NCBI GenBank assembly: GCA_902798825.1
Contig: CADBYI010000010.1
Location: 16,518-80,517 of the forward strand
Length of the DNA stretch: 64,000 nt
Direction of reading: 5' to 3'
Origin: an uncultured Eubacteriales bacterium
Lineage (GTDB): Bacteria; Bacillota; Clostridia; Christensenellales; CAG-138
Position 1 is the stretch's first letter. The number at the start of each line of letters is the position of its first letter. Below are positions 54,194 through 64,000 of this stretch, one piece after another. The translations under genes were made by a program, and so were the position numbers. A model generated the notes under the pieces. The model made no database searches and was not told where the DNA came from. It saw only the letters and a program-made list of their open reading frames with translations.

Positions 54194-54221
54194 TTGCGCT
54201 GGCAGAAAAATGTGGTATACT
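54194..54221 (+). promoter_or_regulatory. Promoter of typA
   Basis: TTGCGC (54194-99), 16-nt spacer, TATACT (54216-21), with an extended -10 TG at 54213-14. Confidence 0.55.
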
Positions 54222-54269
54222 ATTACGGTTTCACAAACGAACCAAGGCTTACTATTTCGAGGAAAAACA

Positions 54270-56090
54270 ATGGAAATCAGAAACGTTGCGATCATCGCCC
54301 ATGTAGACCATGGCAAGACCACCTTGGTGGACCACCTGCTTCAGGACGCCGGCGTGCTGCGCCGGAGCGAAGTGGGCGTGGACCGCGTCATGGACAGCGG
54401 AGACTTGGAGCGGGAGCGGGGCATCACCATCCTGTCCAAGAACACCGCCGTCAGCTACGGGGACGTGCGCATCAACATCGTGGACACTCCGGGCCACGCC
54501 GACTTCGGCGGCGAAGTGGAGCGGATATTGCAGATGGTGGACGGCGTGCTGCTGCTGGTGGACGCCTTCGAGGGCTGCATGCCCCAGACCCGGTTCGTGC
54601 TGAAGAAGGCGCTGGAGCTGGGCAAGGTGCCCGTGGTGGTCATCAACAAGGTGGACCGGCCCGACGCCCGCCCCGACGAGGTGGTGGACGAGACCCTGGA
54701 GCTGTTCATCGAGCTGGGCGCCACCGCCGAGCAGCTGGACTTCCCCATCGTCTACGCCTCTGCCCGAAACGGCATGTCCGGCTACGAGGTGGACCAGCTG
54801 GAGCACAGCATGAAGCCCATCTTCGACACCATCCTGAAGGCCATCCCCGCCCCGTCCATGGACGATACGGCCCCCCTGCAGATCCTCTTCTCCACCATCG
54901 ATTACGACGATTACGTGGGCAAGATCGGCGTGGGCCGCATCGAGCGGGGCGTGGCGAAGCGGGGCCAGAGCATCGTCCTCTGCGGCGGTGAAAACAACAA
55001 GGTCCGGCCCGCCAAGATCTCCCGGCTCTATCGCTTCGAGGGCCTCCACCGGGTGGAGGTGGAGGAGGTCCACGCGGGGGACATCCTCTGCATGGCCGGT
55101 GCGGAGGATTTGAACGTGGGCGAGACCGCCTGCGACCCCAATTGCGTGGAGCCCATGCCCTTCGTGCACATCGACGAGCCCACGGTCAGCATGCTCTTCA
55201 AGGTCAACGACAGCCCCTTCGCCGGGCGGGAGGGCCGGTACGTCACCAGCCGGAACATCCGGGAGCGGCTGTTCAAGGAGGTCAAGACCAACGTGTCCAT
55301 GCGGGTGGAGGAGACCGAGTCCACCGACACCTTCAAGGTCAGCGGCCGGGGCGAGCTGCATCTGTCCATCCTCATCGAGACCATGCGCCGGGAGGGGTAC
55401 GAATTCGCCGTGACCCGCCCCAAGGTCATCATGAAGGAGGGGGAGAACGGCGAGATGCTGGAGCCCATGGAGGAGCTGACCATCGACGTGCCCACGGAGT
55501 TCATGGGCCCGGTCATGGAGAAGCTGGGGGCCCGCAAGGGCGAGATGACGGACATGACCGCCATCGGCGATTACAGCACCCGGGTGAAGTTCATCATCCC
55601 CGCCCGTGGCCTCATGGGCTATCGGAGCGAGCTTCTGACCGACACCAAGGGCAACGGCGTCATGAGCCACATCTTCGCCGGGTACGACACCTATAAGGGC
55701 CCCATCGAAAGCCGCAACAGCGGCAGCCTGGTGGCCCACGAGACCGGCGACACCTCCAGCTACGGCCTCTTTTACGCCCAGGAGCGGGGCCGTATGTTCG
55801 TGGGCCCGGGCATCCCGGTGTATGAGGGCCAAGTGGTGGGCGAGAACGCCCGAGACGAGGACATCGTGGTGAACGTGTGCAAGAAGAAGCACGTGACCAA
55901 TATGCGGGCTGCGGGCTCCGACGAAGCCCTGCGGCTGACCCCGCCGGTGGTCTTCACGTTGGAGCAGTGCCTTGAATTCATCGCGGACGACGAGCTGGTG
56001 GAGGTGACCCCCAAGAGCATCCGCATGCGCAAGAAGATCCTCTCCAAGGAGCAGCGCATGAAGCTGGCGGCCCGGGGCATCCAGGTATAA
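54270..56090 (+). CDS. typA: Translational GTPase TypA/BipA
   Basis: [22 protein letters not shown]1, [15 protein letters not shown]3, NKVDR G4. 606 aa, with BipA-type C-terminal domains. Confidence 0.95.
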   Translation: MEIRNVAIIAHVDHGKTTLVDHLLQDAGVLRRSEVGVDRVMDSGDLERERGITILSKNTAVSYGDVRINIVDTPGHADFGGEVERILQMVDGVLLLVDAFEGCMPQTRFVLKKALELGKVPVVVINKVDRPDARPDEVVDETLELFIELGATAEQLDFPIVYASARNGMSGYEVDQLEHSMKPIFDTILKAIPAPSMDDTAPLQILFSTIDYDDYVGKIGVGRIERGVAKRGQSIVLCGGENNKVRPAKISRLYRFEGLHRVEVEEVHAGDILCMAGAEDLNVGETACDPNCVEPMPFVHIDEPTVSMLFKVNDSPFAGREGRYVTSRNIRERLFKEVKTNVSMRVEETESTDTFKVSGRGELHLSILIETMRREGYEFAVTRPKVIMKEGENGEMLEPMEELTIDVPTEFMGPVMEKLGARKGEMTDMTAIGDYSTRVKFIIPARGLMGYRSELLTDTKGNGVMSHIFAGYDTYKGPIESRNSGSLVAHETGDTSSYGLFYAQERGRMFVGPGIPVYEGQVVGENARDEDIVVNVCKKKHVTNMRAAGSDEALRLTPPVVFTLEQCLEFIADDELVEVTPKSIRMRKKILSKEQRMKLAARGIQV

Positions 56091-56105
56091 AGGGAACCGA
56101 AGTAT

Positions 56106-56157
56106 AAAAACCCTCCTTTTGGTGCAGGCTATGGCCGAAATCCAAAAGGAGGTTTTT
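56106..56157 (+). terminator. typA terminator hairpin whose 3' arm is the SD of the next gene
   Basis: ccctccttttgg (56111-22) pairs with ccaaaaggagg (56142-52), an 11-bp stem with a 19-nt loop, followed by ttttt. Confidence 0.6.
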
Positions 56158-56160
56158 CGT

Positions 56161-56328
56161 ATGGAAAAGAAACAGACCATCGGCTGCGACGTGACCAGCT
56201 GCGTGTACAACCACGAGGGCGTGCGGTGCGATCTTGATCACATCGAGGTGAGCTGCTGCAGCGAGAGCTGCGACAGGGAGAACGAGAGCCTGTGCGCGTC
56301 CTATCGGGGCGAAAAATGGAGTGAATAA
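56161..56328 (+). CDS. DUF1540-type small cysteine-rich protein
   Basis: 55 aa. AAAGGAGG 8 nt before the ATG. IGCDVTSCVYNHEG..C.L..I.V..C matches the C-x-V-x-x-C-x-(Y/H)-N core of DUF1540. 8 Cys. Confidence 0.7.
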   Translation: MEKKQTIGCDVTSCVYNHEGVRCDLDHIEVSCCSESCDRENESLCASYRGEKWSE

Positions 56329-56347
56329 GCCATAGGCGAGGCGGTCC

Positions 56348-56376
56348 GCGCCCTTCCTGGGGGAGGGGCGCTTTTT
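56348..56376 (+). terminator. Intrinsic terminator
   Basis: gcgcccttcc-tggg-ggaggggcgc 10-bp stem (one G-U) followed by ttttt. Confidence 0.8.
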
Positions 56377-56431
56377 GTTGGGTCGAAACCACAAAATATT
56401 GGGCGGGACCCCAATTCTTTTCCTATTATAG

Positions 56432-56460
56432 TTTACAAACAAAACAACATATGGTATAAT
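56432..56460 (+). promoter_or_regulatory. Strong sigma-A-type promoter of recF-gyrB-gyrA
   Basis: TTTACA (56432-37), 17-nt spacer, TATAAT (56455-60), with an extended -10 TG at 56452-53. Confidence 0.65.
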
Positions 56461-56487
56461 GCGGTAATCTTGTGGGGGTATGGGCTT

Positions 56488-57585
56488 TTGCGCATAACCG
56501 GGCTGAAACTGCATAATTTTCGCAACTATCGAGACCTGGAGCAAGCCTTTGAACCGGGGTTCACCGTGTTCACCGGATTGAACGGTGCGGGAAAGACCAA
56601 CGTCCTGGAGGCCATCTTCCTTTGCGCCCTGGGCCGGAGCCACCGGACCAGCCGTGACGGGGAGCTCATCCGAATGGGGGAGATGGAGGCCATGGTCCTC
56701 CTGAACCTCACCACCCGGGGCGGCAGCCGCAGCATCCGGGAGGAGCTGACCTTCGGCGAACGCAAGAGAATATTTTTGGACGGGGCCCCGGTGGCCCGGT
56801 CCGGCGAGCTCATGGGCTGCCTCAACGTGGTCATGTTCTCCCCGGAGGACCTGATCCTGGTGAAGGGCGGCCCTGCGGAGCGGCGGCGGTTCATGGACAT
56901 GGAGATATCCCAGCTCAAGCCCGCCTACTACTATGACCTGCAGCAGTATAACCAGGCTCTGAAGCAGCGAAACAACCTGCTCAAGGAGGGCATGGACACC
57001 GCCGGGGATATGCTGGAGCTGTGGGACGAGCAGTTGAGCCGTCTGGGCGCCCGGATCGAGATGGAGCGGGCCGCCTTCTGCCGGGACCTTCGGGAGCTGG
57101 CTTTTGAGCTCCACGACCACATGAGCAGCGGCCGGGAGGCCCTTTCGGTGGAATACGAGCCCAACGTGCCCTGCGGGGACGAGGATATGGTCCGGGAGGC
57201 CATCGCCGACGCGCTGGTGGGGAATTTGGATAGGGACCTGTTCAGGGGCTTCACCTCGGCGGGACCCCACCGGGACGATCTGCTGCTGGAGCTCAACGGC
57301 TGCGACGTCAGGACCTACGGTTCCCAGGGCCAGCAGCGGACCACGGCCCTGTCCCTGAAACTCTCCGAGATTGCCCTCATGGAGCGGCTCAGGCAGGAGA
57401 AACCGGTGCTGCTGCTGGACGACGTGTTCTCCGAGCTGGACGAGGGGCGACGGGAGCTGCTCCTGTCTGCCATCCAGGATTGTCAGGCCTTCATCACCTG
57501 CACTCATCTGGGCGAGCTGGGCCAGGTCCAGGATCAGCCCCTGCAGGTGTTCCGGGCCGGAAACGGCCGCTTGATCGAAGTTTAA
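56488..57585 (+). CDS. recF: DNA replication and repair protein RecF
   Basis: (M)RITGLKLHNFRNY start, Walker A GLNGAGKTNVLEAI, signature-like GSQGQQRT, Walker B LLLDDVFSELD. A TTG start at 56488 gives the canonical N-terminus; the TTG at 56470 is an alternative. Confidence 0.9.
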   Translation: MRITGLKLHNFRNYRDLEQAFEPGFTVFTGLNGAGKTNVLEAIFLCALGRSHRTSRDGELIRMGEMEAMVLLNLTTRGGSRSIREELTFGERKRIFLDGAPVARSGELMGCLNVVMFSPEDLILVKGGPAERRRFMDMEISQLKPAYYYDLQQYNQALKQRNNLLKEGMDTAGDMLELWDEQLSRLGARIEMERAAFCRDLRELAFELHDHMSSGREALSVEYEPNVPCGDEDMVREAIADALVGNLDRDLFRGFTSAGPHRDDLLLELNGCDVRTYGSQGQQRTTALSLKLSEIALMERLRQEKPVLLLDDVFSELDEGRRELLLSAIQDCQAFITCTHLGELGQVQDQPLQVFRAGNGRLIEV

Positions 57586-57595
57586 AACAGTTTAG

Positions 57596-59566
<1,971 letters not shown>

Positions 59567-59582
59567 TTGAGGATATAGACAT

Positions 59583-62087
<2,505 letters not shown>

Positions 62088-62204
62088 AGGGAAGATCGTG
62101 GCGGGATTGTATACAGAATGTAAAATCTCCCTCCGCGCCATTGGAAGCGCTTCCCCTATATGCTATAGTACACTGAATCACTATCCAGGAAACGAGGAAA
62201 GGAA

Positions 62205-64000
62205 ATGAAGCGTAGGCGCGCACAACAGGCAATGGTCAAGCCCGCCGCTGCCATCGTGCTGGTGATACTGCTCATCATCGGCGTGAGCTGGGCCTCCTGC
62301 CGCAAGAAGAAGGCGGCTCAGACCTCCGCTATGGAGCTGACCACAGACGTGATCATCAGCGAGATCATGACCAGCAACACGGGCATCGTCTCCGACGGGG
62401 CCGGGAACCATCCGGATTATGTGGAGCTTCACAATATCTCCGCTCAGAATCAGGACATCTCCGGCTGGGGCCTGTCGGATCGAGAGGACCGGCTCTGGAC
62501 CTTCCCCAGCGGCACCGTGCTGCCCCCCGACGGGTACATCCTGGTCTGGTGCACCGGGGAGAAGGTGGAGAACGCCCTGATCGCCGACTTCAAGCTGGGC
62601 GCGGGGGACGTGATCCGGCTCACCAACGGGGCGGGGGAACCCCTGTTCACCATGGAGATCCCCTCCGTCTACACCGGCTACACCCTGAGCTGGAACGCCG
62701 AGACGCGGCAGTATGAGAACATGCTGCCCTCGCCCCTCTATCCCAACACCCCCGCCGGCGTGGCGGCCTATGAGGAGAGCCGGAAGCTGAACGAAACGAA
62801 CGCCCCCCTCAGCGTGGGCACCACCGCCCAGCATAACGGGGTCTATATCTCCGAGTTCATGGCCCGCAACGGCACCACCACCGCGGGCCCCAACGGCCAG
62901 TATCCCGACTGGATCGAGCTTTTTAACACCACCAACGGCCAGGTGGACCTGAGCGGCTGCGGCATCAGCGACGATATCCGAAAGCCCTACAAGTTCACCT
63001 TCCCCCAGGGTACAACCATCGACCCGGGCCAGTATCTGGTGCTGTGGTGCATGGCCGAGCAGATGGAGGGCTACATCTCCCTGCCCTTCAACCTGTCGGG
63101 CAGCAAGGGGGATTCGGTGATCCTGGTGGATAAGAACGGCGGGATCCTGGACATGTGCGAATTCACCGCCCAGGAGAAGGATTACAGCATGATCCGGAGC
63201 TATACCGCCGGCGGCGATCTGGACACCCAGGGCGGCTTTGCGGCCACGGACAAGCCCACTCCGGGCTATCCCAACACCTCCGCGGGCTACGCCGCCTTTG
63301 ACAAGCAGCGCAACCCCGACGTGGGCGTTCACGACATCACCTTCTCTGAGATCCTTTCCGACGGCTATCGCTACAAGCTGGACAGCAAGGGCGTTCCCGA
63401 CGACGACGACCAGGGCAAGTGGGTGGAGCTGTACAACCGCTCCGACCAGACCGTGTCCCTGGCGGGGTATTCCCTGTCGGACAACGAAAAAAAGCCCACG
63501 AAATGGGTTTTTCCTGAGGGAACGAGTATCGCCGGGAAAGGATATCTCATCCTCTACATGAGCGGCAGCCTTCCGTTGGAGGGCAAGGACGAGAAGAGCG
63601 TCACCGCCGAGATGAAGGCGCGCACGCTGAACTTTTCCGTCTCCGGTCAGGGGGAGACCCTGTATCTCTACAACAACGAGGGCACCCTCATCGATCGGGT
63701 CACGGTGCCCCTGTCCCTGGCCTGCGTGTCCTACGCCAAGGTGGGGGACAGCTGGGGCCTGTGCGAAACGCCCACCCAGGGGACGGCCAACACGGCGCCC
63801 CTGCTGGGCAGCGCCTATTGTGACGCGCCTGCCGTTTCCCTGAACAGCGGTGTCTATCACGGGACCCAGAGCGTGTCCATGGAGGTCCCCGCGGGGACCT
63901 ATGTGACCTATACCCTGGACTGCACCGTGCCCACGGAATCCTCCACCCGCTATCGGGCGGGGGAGCAGCTGACCTTCCGGGAAAACGGGGTGCTGCGGGC
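62205..64000 (+). CDS. Lamin-tail-domain (LTD) repeat protein, 3' partial; probable CotH-family paralog
   Basis: Not in the ORF track because no stop occurs before the window end. ATG 62205 is preceded by GAGGAAAGG. I translated it by hand: no stop in 598 codons. N-terminal TM (AAIVLVILLIIGVSWA). Three LTD modules (ISEIM...HPDYVELHN...ISGWGLSD; ISEFM...YPDWIELFN...LSGCGISDD; FSEIL...KWVELYN...LAGYSLSDN), then a YTLD...-type domain as in the gene at 20297. Confidence 0.75.
   Translation, partial: MKRRRAQQAMVKPAAAIVLVILLIIGVSWASCRKKKAAQTSAMELTTDVIISEIMTSNTGIVSDGAGNHPDYVELHNISAQNQDISGWGLSDREDRLWTFPSGTVLPPDGYILVWCTGEKVENALIADFKLGAGDVIRLTNGAGEPLFTMEIPSVYTGYTLSWNAETRQYENMLPSPLYPNTPAGVAAYEESRKLNETNAPLSVGTTAQHNGVYISEFMARNGTTTAGPNGQYPDWIELFNTTNGQVDLSGCGISDDIRKPYKFTFPQGTTIDPGQYLVLWCMAEQMEGYISLPFNLSGSKGDSVILVDKNGGILDMCEFTAQEKDYSMIRSYTAGGDLDTQGGFAATDKPTPGYPNTSAGYAAFDKQRNPDVGVHDITFSEILSDGYRYKLDSKGVPDDDDQGKWVELYNRSDQTVSLAGYSLSDNEKKPTKWVFPEGTSIAGKGYLILYMSGSLPLEGKDEKSVTAEMKARTLNFSVSGQGETLYLYNNEGTLIDRVTVPLSLACVSYAKVGDSWGLCETPTQGTANTAPLLGSAYCDAPAVSLNSGVYHGTQSVSMEVPAGTYVTYTLDCTVPTESSTRYRAGEQLTFRENGVLR

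Overview
GC-rich, gene-dense chromosomal segment. I call 56 protein-coding genes, 45 of them on the + strand. Gene content (iorAB, cdaA-cdaR, a BMP-type nucleoside ABC operon, dockerin-bearing wall hydrolases, LTD-CotH proteins) suggests a gut Clostridia / Oscillospiraceae-type anaerobe; that is inference and was not checked. Most genes are housekeeping: ispE, rlmH, trxB, nth, obg, yhbY, cdaA-cdaR, typA and recF-gyrB-gyrA. Other modules are a nucleoside uptake and hydrolysis operon, a MoxR-DUF58-transglutaminase cluster, iorAB, and several secreted or cell-wall proteins. I saw no rRNA, tRNA, CRISPR array, transposase, integrase or phage genes, and no complete novel multi-gene system that I can defend. 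The long ORFs in the supplied track that lie antisense to these genes are shadow frames typical of GC-rich DNA. The points most worth a second look are: (1) a 53-codon gene missing from the ORF track (30206-30367, minus strand). It has a strong SD, promoter and terminator, and an FELD motif like a RiPP leader. It sits back-to-back with a LysR regulator, with overlapping -35 boxes and dyad operators. (2) A GIY-YIG nuclease gene embedded in REP-like GTCATCCTGAGCG...GAAGGA palindromes. (3) A 26-bp terminator hairpin present twice in direct orientation, flanking 337 bp of structured non-coding DNA. (4) Two LTD-CotH paralogs, one of which runs off the window end and is missing from the ORF track. 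(5) Dockerin modules on an NlpC/P60 protein and an SH3b protein. (6) Near-perfect 12/24-bp tandem repeats encoding (P/A/E)EPT linkers in four genes, plus a KATA-type 12-bp repeat in a fifth. All functional calls rest on motif recognition by eye; no searches were run.
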